Shown piece after piece: positions 39,296 through 50,644 of a DNA stretch of 64,000 bases. Below the pieces are notes generated by a model. The model did no database searches. It saw nothing but the letters and a program-made list of their open reading frames with translations, and had not been told where the DNA came from. The translations under genes and the position numbers were made by a program. Position 1 is the stretch's first letter. The number at the start of each line of letters is the position of its first letter. The stretch is from Lama glama (taxonomy: Eukaryota). The DNA lies in contig CM052816.1 in assembly GCA_028534125.1 (NCBI GenBank), positions 68,324,001-68,388,000 of the forward strand. Direction: 5' to 3'.

Positions 39296-41941
39296 TTAAA
39301 ATTTGAATTAAAAACATTTTAAATAGTTGATACTCAGTTAATATAACATAGATATGACTAACATTTTGCAAATTTATTCATAGTAACACTGTACTTTGTA
39401 TGACATGATGTAAAAGATATCCATATTGAAATTTGCCCCATCCTGATCCCTGCTCAGCTTCTTTATTCAGCAAGTATCACTTTGCCTTCTATTTGTCAGT
39501 TGTAGTTCATCTAGTATTCTGCAGTTGTAATAGTAATGTTACTATAGTAACAAAGTTTATACTGATAATCTTCCTCATACACGGTGTAAACCTGAGTTTA
39601 TTATTCATGCTTTTTTCATTCTGTCCTAATTTTTGTTAAGTCAGAAAGAAAGAACTCAAAAATCACAATCCATAGGAATAAAATAATTTATAAAGGGCTA
39701 ACCTATTAAATATTTATCAATTGTAACCACTGCTTTTTCTCCCACTTGAGAAAATCTGTGATAATTAAGGTAAATGAGAATGAACAGCTGTAAGGATAAT
39801 CTTGGATTTGTTCTTATTTTTTAGCTAAATCACTCATAAATTTTGTTACTTATAGTAGTGAATTACATATGATGCATCTTGTAACTCCTTTCAAAACATT
39901 ACTATGTTGAAATCACCACAGTTGAATTGCTGCTGGGTAGAACAACCACTCAGTTCTTGTAGTAAACCTTTCCTATATCTGTGGTTAGTAGTCATGTTTT
40001 GATTTCATAGAAGCTTTGAAGATAACATGTAGATTCCAAGAAAATCAGTATATGCAATATGTGTTTATAATATATGCATAGAAATTCTGCAAGAGATGAG
40101 AAAGGATAGTGCCAATAATAAAATTTAAAATTGAATATTTGTTGTCAACACAATGAAAGAAGGGGAAAAATAAGCAGAGTAATGCCAGTTCTGTCAATTT
40201 TAAAACAAGCCCCCAGATGAAGTGGATTGTATTACATGTAGTATTTTAGATAGTACTATTGTGTCTTCATCTCTTAGGTTTGGACTATGAAATCAAATTC
40301 CTTGATAAATACTCCTTTATCACATCTCAATGATAGTCCTTAAAAAAATGAGGAAATATTACTTTCTAACTGTTAAAATATGAAACCTACCTTTGCCTGT
40401 TTTCCTTTTACTTATATTTAATGGCACTACTCAGATAAATCTAATTGCTTTGAAGTAATCATAAATAACCTTCATGGGACCTCTTGTTTCAGAGTTTTGT
40501 TGTAAGACTGTAGCACATAGAAAGACTGCCAGTTTTCAGAACTTTAAAGAAACCTCTCCGCAATGTGAACAAGGTAGGGTGGGTGTCAGGATGACATGAC
40601 CACATACTCCTCTACCAACGTGCTCAGGCTGTTTTTTGTTCTGTTGTTTTGATGAACAGTTGAATGATATTTTGAATTTCTCTACTGTATGACTGTTTAA
40701 AGTTGGGAAGTAAGGAATAAAGCAGATAGAAGGAAATGGTTCCTGCAGCTTAGTTCTTTTAAGCCCTTCCCTGAGACAGTCTAAACAATTCATTATCAAA
40801 TAATTTTTGTTACAGATTGACTGTTATGCATTTAGGTAGTATAAAAGTCAAGTTAGTATTTATATTTAGTAAAATAATACTTTGTTCCAAATATAAGATT
40901 ATGAAGCCCTCATCAAGAAGTTAGTAGTTTTATCTGGGAGAGAAAGTTTACACCTTAAATATTTTTAAACTTAAATTATATTTATTTCTGATTAAGTACA
41001 AAAGCCACAGGGTACAACATTGGAAAGGTACAAAGAGTATATGGTAGAGAGTCTTCCTCCCACCCTAGTGTCTCAAACCCCCAGTGGCAGCCAGTAATTT
41101 GAATTTTTATCCTTCTAGAGACACTTTATCACATAAAAGGAAATGAGTATGTGTATTATCTTTTATTGTTGTTTTTGCCCACAATAATAAATACACTGTT
41201 CTGTACCTTAGCCATGTATTTTAGATATCATTATATATCTGTGCATATAGAACATCCTCATTTTTTTATGACTACATGCATACTGTGTTTGGATATGCCA
41301 TAATTTACCTAGTTCCCTATTCATGAACATTTAGGTTGCTTCAACCTTTTGCTATTAAAAAGAATGTGGTAGTGAATGACCTTGTACATGTGTTGTTTTG
41401 CTCATATCCATAGGGTAACATACTAGAATTAGAATTATTAGATTCAAGCATATGTGTACTTAAATTTTTTTGATTGATAGTGCAAAACTGGCCATACACC
41501 TTACCTGGATAGGTTTTTTGTTTGTTCTTAACTGTCTAATTAATAAACAATAAAATTCACAGTTTTAAGTGTACAACTTGTTGGGAAGGTTATGCCAGTT
41601 TGCACTATAACTGGCAGTGCATGATAATGCCTTTATGTCATATTCTCAGAACACCATGTTGATAACTTTTTAGTTTTTATATCTTTGCCAATACTCAAGA
41701 TGAGAATGATATCGTGATAGTTTTGTTTACTATTATTTCTAAATACAACTTAACATACAATAAAGTTCACATGCTGTAAGTGTACAGTAAATGTTCAGTA
41801 TCCTAGAATGCTCTCATCTGTCCTTCACTAACCCCCACCACCACCAAAAAAAAAGGTAGCCACTATTCTGACCTATCTCCATAGATTGTTAGCCTGTTTT
41901 TGAACTTCATATAAAGGGACTCATGTAGATTATACATTTTT

Positions 41942-42187
41942 TTAACTTTTTAAAATTGAAGTATAGTTAGTTTGCAATGTTGTGTTAGTTTCAGGTGCAC
42001 AGCAAAGTGATTCAGTTGTATATCTTTATATATCTGTTTTTCAGATTCTTTTCCATTCATTATAGGTTATTATAAGAGATTGAAAAGAGTTCCCTGTCCT
42101 TTACCGTAAGTTCTTTTTATCTGTTTTATATAGTAGTGTGTATATGTTAATCCCAAACTCTTAATTTATCCCTGCTCCCTCGCCAAC
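41942..42187 (-). mobile_element. Artiodactyl L1 3' end nested in an older L1M
   Basis: TTGAAGTATAGTTAGTTTGCAATGTTGTGTTAGTTTCAGGTGCACAGCAAAGTGATTCAG; flanks TATACATTTTT/TATACGTTTTT. Confidence 0.8.
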
Positions 42188-42506
42188 TATACGTTTTTGT
42201 GTCTGTTTTTTTTTTCTGTGTTATACATGAGATTCAGTCATGTTGTAAGTAGCTGTAATTTATTCTTTTTCATTGCTGTGATTCAATTACTTGAATATAC
42301 CACAATTATCTTTTCTACTACTTACAGATTTTTGTTTGCTTCTGTTTTCAGCTTTTATGAATAAAACTTCTGTGAGCATTCTTGTACATATCTTGAAGGG
42401 GTTTAGCCCTGTTTCTTTTGGCTGTTTTCCTTTTCTGGGTAGGTTTTGTTTTTAATTGAGGTCTGACTTGTAAACAATAGAATTCACCAACTTGTAGTGA
42501 ACAGTT

Positions 42507-43008
42507 TGTTAGGAAACAGTTCTCTCTGGGTCTCTTGTATTTCTTCATGTCTTATGAGCAAAAGCTCTGACTGCCTCTTTTCCAAACTATCTTTTCAAGG
42601 ATATTGGAAGATAGAAATGGTGGCTCTCCATAAAACAAAGGGCAGGTTTGCGTATAGCCTTTGAAAATAGAGCTAATGTCTCCCTCCAGAGTTAAGGGCA
42701 GGCATGTTTACCGCCATTTTAAAAGATTCAGGTTTCTAAGAAGCTTAGTCTTCCTCTCCTGTAACACAACCCACTACAAGTACAGGTGTTACCTGACTCT
42801 TTTCACAGTGCTCTGTGGGATTTGAGGTTCACACAGCTGGCACAAGAAAATGCTGATAACTCTGACTATTACTCCTGGTATGAGTAATAAAGTCATTTGT
42901 CTCTGACTCAGGAGTCTCATGTCTTTTGCCAGTATTCAAGAAACTGGCAGGCTGACTTGTTAGCTTTGCAAGTAGGATCAAATCTCAGAGCCTTCACAAT
43001 TCTTGACA
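42507..43008 (+). mobile_element. Solo ERV LTR, sense orientation, inserted in an L1
   Basis: TG...CA ends, AATAAA 42886-42891, near-TSD CAGTT/CAATT; the host L1 resumes on both sides. Confidence 0.85.
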
Positions 43009-44175
43009 CAATTTGGTAAATTTTGACAAATGTATAGAATCTTGTTGTCACCACCACAATCAGGTCGTACCACATTTCTGTCATCCTCAGATGTGCCCCT
43101 TCCTTTGTGCCCCTTAACATCAATTCCCTTTCCCCACCTCAGCCCCAGACAACCCCTGATCTGCTTTTTGTCACCCTAGTTTTGCCATTTGTTAAGTTTC
43201 CTATATATAGAATTTTACATTACATAGCTTGTTGTGTTTGGCTTCTTTCATTCAGAATAATGCTCTTGAAAGTCATTCATACTATTACATGTATCACTAG
43301 TTTGTTCCCTTTTGTTGCTGATGATATTCTGTGGTATGGATATACCGTTGTTTGGATATTTGTTTATCCATTCACCAGTTGATTGACATTTGGATTGTTT
43401 CTAGTTTGTGACTATTATGAATAAAACGCTATGAACATTTGAGTATGTCTTCATGTGGGCATATATTTTTATTTCTCTTGGGTACTTTCTTAGGAGTGGA
43501 CATGCTGAGTCTTATGATGTGCTTTTAACTTGGTAAAGAACTGCCAAATTGTTTCCCAGAGTGTCTGTAACATCTTACATTCCTATTTGGTTAGTTTTAA
43601 TTTGTATCTCATCATGAGTGAGGCTGAAAGTATTTCATTTGTTTGAGTTGCTCGTATTTCCTTCTCTATAAATTTCCTGTTAACTCAATGTTGCCTTTCT
43701 CCTAAGTGTTGGAATTTTTTAGTGATTTGTAGGCATTCTTAATTTATCAGGGGATATTTTTGGTCATGCTATGAATTTTAAACTGTTTTTCCATTTTGTC
43801 AAGTATCTTTTGAAGGTGGTAATGGTGGGTTTTGCCATGTAGAAATTTTTCTTTCTGAAGCTCTCAGTCTCACAGATAATTTACTAATAGTACAAGACTT
43901 CATAATACTGAAAGAGAATTTCTCTTTCAGTTAACCTTAAAGTATAAATTATGTTTTCCAGCAATATTTTACATAGCCATAACTTCAGTGGAAATAAAGA
44001 AAAATATTCTAAAGACTTAAAACTTGTTCTCTGCATTCTCGTAAGAATTTTACCACCATTTAGAAAACAGATATACAATGGAAACAAGAGCTTTAGAAAT
44101 TGTCTTAACTTATTATATGTAATAAGAAAAAATATTTAATATTACATATGTCTTTTACAGAAATATCTATGCAAG

Positions 44176-44239
44176 ATGTTGACATTGCATACTTGGATAG
44201 TGCAAGCTTTGTTTATTTTCCTCACTACTGGATCTATAG
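44176..44239 (+). CDS. IL6ST: IL6ST first coding exon (human exon 3), signal peptide; the exon itself starts at 44161
   Basis: Acceptor ttttacag|AAATATCT, ATG at 44176, MLTLHTWIVQALFIFLTTGSI-G, donor G|gtaagg; 64 coding nt. Confidence 0.97.
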
Positions 44240-45239
44240 GTAAGGTTCCTCCCAACCCCAAAAATTAGGTTTATGTATTTTATATGGTTATATAATAATG
44301 CTTATATATTCGTTCTAGGATTATTATTGAGAAAATGATATCTTAAAAATGAATTTAAGAAGTAAAAATACTCTTGATAAATTATAATTTGTATAATTTG
44401 AGTTAAAAGACACTTAATCACTCAGTAATCCTAAATGCTATTTAGTTATACTAACAATAACTTTAAGATGGGGAAGGGAAAAAAATTATTTTAAATAAAG
44501 AAATAGGAGAAAATCTTGTTTTAGCACTTCACTCCTTAATAGCCAAATGTGTCACTGAGCAGCAGTGTGATTGTGACACCAGAATGAAGAGGTCACTTAG
44601 AGCAGTATTGCTCAGACTGATCCACAGCTTGATGCTGGTCTGAGAACTGGGTGGTTATTGTTCACAGTGAGATAAGCACAGAAATTAAGGAGAAATGTTT
44701 AGAAACTCTTTTAACAATTTGACATAGCCGTGACATTCAAGCATGTGATCAGTGGACTTGTCTCATCAAATATAAAACAAAAGTCTGTCTGCGAAAGATT
44801 GGGAGAAAAAAACCTAAACTGATCCTTCACCAGGATCGTAGTTTGAGAATCACTGCTCTAAATCAAACCCTCTTCAAATCCAGGAATGTAACCTCTTTTT
44901 AAACACTTCAAGTGGCACAAACTTTATGTTGCAATTTTTTCTTATTTAGAAAGCCTTTCCTTATTCTTGAACCCAAAAATTCCTCCTGTAACTTTTTCTC
45001 ATTAATTGTTCTAAAGAAAGCTTCTAAAGTAAGAAATCCTTCTAAGGTAAGCCCACTTTACTTTCCCACTGTTGAACTCTCTAAGTATTGAAGGATTGCT
45101 TTCCTGTGTCTCTAACTCCTCTCTTCCCCAAACTAAACTTACCCAGTTGTCCTGATTCTTTACAGGACTTGGTTTCCAACCCTGCATGTCCAGGTTACTC
45201 TCCTAATTATTCTCTTGGTTTCCCATATCAGATTTAGAC

Positions 45240-45430
45240 TGTAATACCATCCACCTCTCCCATTTACTGGCTGTGAGACTTTGTCCAGTCACTTAATCTA
45301 TGTCTCAGTTTCCTGCTCTGTAAGAGAGGGATAATAATGGTCCCTAACTCCTAGGGTTATTGTGAGAATTAAATGAGTTAATATACAGAAGGCATTTGGA
45401 CAGTGCCTGGCCCACAGGAAGCATAAAAAT
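45240..45430 (+). mobile_element. MIR
   Basis: CTCAGTTTCCTGCTCTGTAAGAGAGGGATAATAATGG...GTGAGAATTAAATGAGTTAATA. Confidence 0.8.
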
Positions 45431-48147
45431 ATGTCAAAACTAGATGTGGTCTGAGTATAGTGACTTTATTACTTTGATATGAACATCATTTTTATTAAAG
45501 CAACATAGGATTTTTTTGCCAGCTAAGATGTAGACCCCATTTCTTTGTGGAAGGAGTATCAGTCACTTTGTAAGACAAGCTTGTGGGATGGTATACATAT
45601 ATAGGTGTGACCTTCTTTGGAAAACAGGGTCTGCCGCAAGGACTGAGGACAGATACTTTAGCATACTACTCAAGACCTCCCTCTTGTTGACTTTTTTTCT
45701 TAGTGACTTTTATGTATGAGTAGTCAACCAATTTAAAAATCTGTTAGTTTAAATCTGTGTATTTGTTTTTATAGAAGAACAGTAGCTAAGTATCAAGAGT
45801 TTCATAATGTTCATTCTAATATCTGTTGTAGTATATTCTAATCCACAATTCTTCGTCTTGTCTATGTGGATATCCCAACTAACTTTATCCGGTACTTTTT
45901 TTTTAAATTAAAATGCTATATTTCTAAAACTCGATCTCAAGTGTCCTGGTAGCCCTATAAAAATGGGCTTCATTTGGCATTGGATGGTTTCAGTGAGCCT
46001 GTTTTTCACTTTGAAAACTGGAACATTTGCCCATTTCTGGTACTTCTCTTATTCTATGTGATTAAAAATTATTGAGTGTCTGGTTATATCTTATGTTCTT
46101 TAGCACTCCAAAGTATATTTCATATGTACAGTTTCCTCTAATCACTGTGGAGAAAGTGAAACAGGAATGATTTTACCAAGGTCTAGGGAGTAAAGTAAGG
46201 TTTAGGGAGTTTCAAGGACTGGCTCAGTATCATAAGGTAACTTATTAGTATGCCACAAGATAGAAATTTAGAGTAATTTGTGCACATGACTTACAGTAGA
46301 CATGTATAAATAATATCAAAGTCATGTAACTAGGCCACATTGTAAGTTTTCAGACAAAGAAGCAGACATTCTGACTCTGGACCTTATGGGCTTTATGAGA
46401 GATCTCAGGATTTCATTTGGGAGTATAATTTTGACTGCAAAAAATGTTTTTAATTCATCCTGCTGGCTTTGAGAGGTATGGAAATGAGAAAATAATTGTT
46501 TAGCTCTTTTAAAGTAGTTTTATCCTTTGTGCAGTGTAGCTTGGGACCAAGTTGGGAATTAGAAGAATCTGGCTGTTAATTGAGGTTGACTCTATAAAAT
46601 GACTCTGTAAAAGTGTCTCAGTTTTCTTTATAAACTAAAGGGTTGAAGTAAATGATCACCAAGGTTTTTCTCAGTTTCATAATTCTGTGATTCCTGTGCC
46701 TTTTTACCTTAACTGCTAGAACCAGACACCCCTAAGGGACTCTTCAGACCCCATCAATGTGACTAGATTACTTGTCTCTGGAGAGTAGTAGTAACGATAA
46801 TAGGCTACCATTTATTGGAGGCCTTTTGAATACTAGGCATCGTAGTAGGTTCTTTACATAAGTAATTTCTGATCTCAAAAAACTCTTCAAGATAGCCATT
46901 ATTAACTTCATTTTCCAAATGAGGAAACTGACACTCAGCTAGAACTTCAAACTCCATTGGCAGATGGGATTCAGTAGAGAAAGCTGCCTTAAATTTCTGG
47001 ACAGTGAGAATAGAGAAAGAGAATAGAGCCATCCCAAACAGAAGAATTTTTGTCTTGATGGTAATAGGTAGCCATTAAATAATTTAAAATAGGAAAATGG
47101 CATAATCAATTTTGAATAACGCTGGAGCAGTATGTAGGATAAACTGGAAGGTGGTCAAATTGTGGTATTAATATGATGGCCTGAGCTTCAGCAGCCAAAA
47201 TGGGGTTGGTGAGAAGAGGTTGATCTACATTTAAAAATATAGAACCATCAAGACTCAGACTATTGGAGGAGGCTAATTAGAGAGAGATGTTGAAGTACCA
47301 TAAGGTTATCTGGCCTAGATGACTAGATGGCAGTGGTGCTGTTAGCAGAAGTAGAGAAGTAAGAATAAGAAAGAAAAGTTTGGAAGGGACTCTGATGCGT
47401 GTAGTTTTAGACATGTTCATTTTGAAGTACCTACAGGATATCTCAGGTGGATGTGTCTTGTAAGCCATTGAAAGCATAGGAAGTTAGGGCCAGAGACAGG
47501 GGTTTGGATGTCATCAACATAAAGTAGGTGATAGTTAAAGTATTAGTTGTGTTTTTATTTTTTTTATGCAGTCTGATTCTTTGTTTTTAATATGGGATTT
47601 TATCCCATACGCTTATTGTTAAAACCAATATGTTTGGCCATCTTATTCTATTCTTTCCATTCTTTTATTGCTCCCTTGCTCTTTTCTTTGTTTTCTGATT
47701 TTGATATATGAGCAATGTACAGTATCTTTCCATGCCCTCATCCACACCTCCAACAGAAGTCAGCACTAGAGAGGAGCAGAGACCACTACCTTCCTGAGGG
47801 TCTAATTTAGACACTGGGTCTGAATCGAGGAACAGGATTGGTGGCAGAACAAGTATGAATCATGCTGCAGGCAAACTATATTTCCTAAAGCAAAGTTAGA
47901 ATAGTATAAAAAGGGCTGAAGCTTGCATAGGAGTTTTTAAAAATCAGCTCCAACTGCCATACGATTTATGTATTTCTTTACATTTTTAGATATTAAATTC
48001 TGATCATATTAACTTTCACTGTTTCTTCTTTTTCTGTGCCTTTAGAGAGATTTTAATGAAGATTGAGGGACTGCATTGATACAAAATGTCATTTTATGCC
48101 AGAAAAATTCAGTCCATTTTATATTTTCTGTTACTATTCTTTTTCAG

Positions 48148-48453
48148 GCGAACTTCTAGAACCATGTGGTCATATCAGTCCTGAATCTCCAGTTGTACAA
48201 CTTGGTTCTAATTTCACGGCAGTTTGTGTGCTAAAGGAAAAATGTATGGATTATTTTCATGTGAATGCTAATTATATTTTCTGGAAAACAAACCATGTTA
48301 TTGTTCCTTATGAACAGTATACTATCATAAATAGAACAGCATCTAGTGTCACATTTACAAATATATCTTTATTAAATACTCAACTCACTTGCAACATTCG
48401 TACATTTGGACAGATTGATCAGAACGTTTATGGAATCAGGATAATCTCAGGCT
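48148..48453 (+). CDS. IL6ST: IL6ST exon 4, Ig-like domain D1
   Basis: ttttcag|GC...T|gtaagt; 306 nt; ELLEPCGHISPESPVVQL...NVYGIRIISG. Confidence 0.98.
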
Positions 48454-48559
48454 GTAAGTTTTGTTTTACTTTTTTCTTACTTCAGTTAATGAATGTCTGT
48501 TGTCTGTTGAGCTTTATGAAATGCAGTAACTTGTTCGCTCAGTGACTTTAGACATCTTT

Positions 48560-48636
48560 ATTTATTTTTTTAATATGGTAATTCTATGTTTAGTTTTTTG
48601 AGGAATCTCCAACTGTTCCATAGTGGCTGCACCAAA
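48560..48636 (-). mobile_element. L1 fragment running into an assembly gap
   Basis: ATATGGTAATTCTATGTTTAGTTTTTTGAGGAATCTCCAACTGTTCCATAGTGGCTGCACCAA is antisense L1 ORF2 3' region. Confidence 0.8.
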
Positions 48637-48736
48637 NNNNNNNNNNNNNNNNNNNNNNNNNNNNNNNNNNNNNNNNNNNNNNNNNNNNNNNNNNNNNNNN
48701 NNNNNNNNNNNNNNNNNNNNNNNNNNNNNNNNNNNN
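48637..48736. other. Assembly gap (100 N)
   Basis: Run of N; the round length suggests an unknown-size placeholder. Confidence 0.98.
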
Positions 48737-49068
48737 TAATTGCCTCTTACAAACATGCAGATATTTTTTAAAATACACTTAATGGAGAAATAATGCTATC
48801 CAGCTATAAATGAAAGTTGATTTTATGTAGACAATTTGAAATATACTAGTTAATGACAACTATGATAGAATATGTATGCTACTATCTAGGAAGAAGTTTG
48901 AGTTTAAATAAAAATTAATGTTTAGTCACCAGTCTTTCATTATGTCCTTGCTTTTTGCTTGGGTTTGTTTTTTCTACCTAGTTGTTTTAAATATCTTTGG
49001 TAGTAGATAAATTGCATGCTACTTGTGGGTACAAAACTTTTTGAAAATTGCTTATTTTTCCCTTTTAG

Positions 49069-49189
49069 TACCTCCAGAAAAACCTAAAAATTTGAGTTGT
49101 ATTGTGAATGAAGGAAAGAAAATGATGTGTCAGTGGGATCCTGGAAGGGAAACATACCTGGAAACAAACTTCACTTTAAAATCTGAATG
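49069..49189 (+). CDS. IL6ST: IL6ST exon 5, first half of D2 (GC donor)
   Basis: cttttag|TA...GAATG|gcaagt; 121 nt; PPEKPKNLSCIVNEGKKMMCQWDPGRETYLETNFTLKSEW. Confidence 0.96.
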
Positions 49190-49692
49190 GCAAGTTATTT
49201 TAAATTTGTTGTATGCTGAATTTATTAAGTTAGCCTTTTGTGCTGGAATTTTTATTTTGTCAAGTAGTAGTATTAAAAGCAAATTTTTAAGCATTTTATT
49301 TAACCTTTTGTTTTTGGAACATCTGAAACATGAAAGTAGAAAGAATAGTAAAAGAAATCCTCATGTGCCTATCATCAAGCTTAAGAAATGATCAGCTCAT
49401 GACCAGTCTTATTTTATATATACCCCACCCAGATTGTGTTAAAGAAAATCTCAGGTATCTTGTCGCCTCATCCATAAAAGATGCCTCTAAAATATAAGGA
49501 CACTTTTTAAAAAACATAACTACATACCAGTATTATACACAAATATAATTGAAAACACTGTCACATTTTTAGTGTTTAAATTTCCCCTGTTGTCTCATAA
49601 TTATATGTATAAATATTTTTATATAAATAATCACCATATGTTGCAAATTGATAAGTCTTGTCTCTCTTAACCATTGTTTCCATCTACTTCTC

Positions 49693-49816
49693 TTTTTTTG
49701 GTGGGGGCGGGGCAATTAGGTTGGTTTGTTTGTTTATTAATGGGAGGTACTGGGGATTGAACCCAGGACCTCATGTATGCTAAGCATGCTCTCTACAACT
49801 GAGCTATACCCACCCC
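49693..49816 (-). mobile_element. tRNA-derived SINE, same family as 8016
   Basis: Reverse complement matches the head and body of the 8016 copy. Confidence 0.88.
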
Positions 49817-50253
49817 TCTCTTTTCTTTCTTTCTCTTTGCAATTCAGTTGTTAAAATATTGATTATACATTGTTTAACACATTCCTCTATCCCTTTATTT
49901 TCTAAAGCTTACCAGTGGATCTAGATAATCAGATTTGGGGTGGTTATTGTTGTTGTTTTTCCAACAGTAGTTCATAATTCATAGGATTGATGTTTACTTC
50001 CATTAGGAACCACCATATAATGTTTGATTGTTTTTCTTACACTAAGATTGAGCAGTGGTTTCAAGTGTTGTCAGCCTGAACCATTCATTATAAAATTCCC
50101 CATTTTTTTCCAAACATAAAGAAAAGTTGAAAGAATTCTGCAATGAATACTTATACATACTTATTACCTAGATTCTACAATTAACGTTTTACTATATTTG
50201 CTTTATCACATACCTATTTATGTATATCATTCTCTCTGCCTGTCAATCCATCT

Positions 50254-50644
50254 TTTTTTTTTTCAATTCCCATTTATTTTTGGCTCTTGGGGCAATGTCA
50301 TCTTTTCAATATGAAAGCAAGCAGCAAATTCAACACAAAATAGAAATCTGAAGTGTAGAATAGGATAAAACCAAGGTTGGAGTGGGAAAGGCAATAACAA
50401 AAGTAAGAGATGAGATGTTGCCAAGAGATGGAGGGTATCCTGTCCCCTCTCTGGGGAATAACAAACATTTAGGCAGCGGCACGTGCCTTTCCAGATACAT
50501 ACAGAAAGGCTGGTATTCATTTTTTGTGTAAGAAAAGGTGGAGTTGGGGAGGACCTTTCTGGAGGCTTAATGACCAAGGCTAGTCTCTTGCTCCTCTTGA
50601 CCCCCTTTTCTGAGCAGGGGAAAGAAAGAAATCCCAACACATGA
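50254..50644 (-). pseudogene. 5'-truncated processed retrocopy, 3'UTR only, probably of TUBB (beta-tubulin class I)
   Basis: Minus strand ends ...GAAAAGATGACATTGCCCCAAGAGCCAAAAATAAATGGGAATTG-poly(A). TSD AATCCATCT at 50245-50253 and 50645-50653. Parent gene assigned from memory of the TUBB mRNA 3' end. Confidence 0.8.

Larger units (their letters stand above)
40980..43860 (-). mobile_element. Cluster of nested antisense L1M 3' fragments
   Basis: Repeated L1 3'UTR hallmarks such as GACATTTGGATTGTTTCTAGTTT and AACTGCCAAATTGTTTCCCAGAGTG. Confidence 0.7.

Noticed and set aside
38922-39299. 125-aa ORF as an independent gene
   Set aside because: Decayed L1 ORF1 remnant; similarity is lost after an apparent frameshift.
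48454-48545. Intron 4 read-through giving a Cys-rich hydrophobic tail on D1
   Set aside because: Strong GTAAGT donor and no visible poly(A) signal before the gap; the composition is explained by a T-rich intron.
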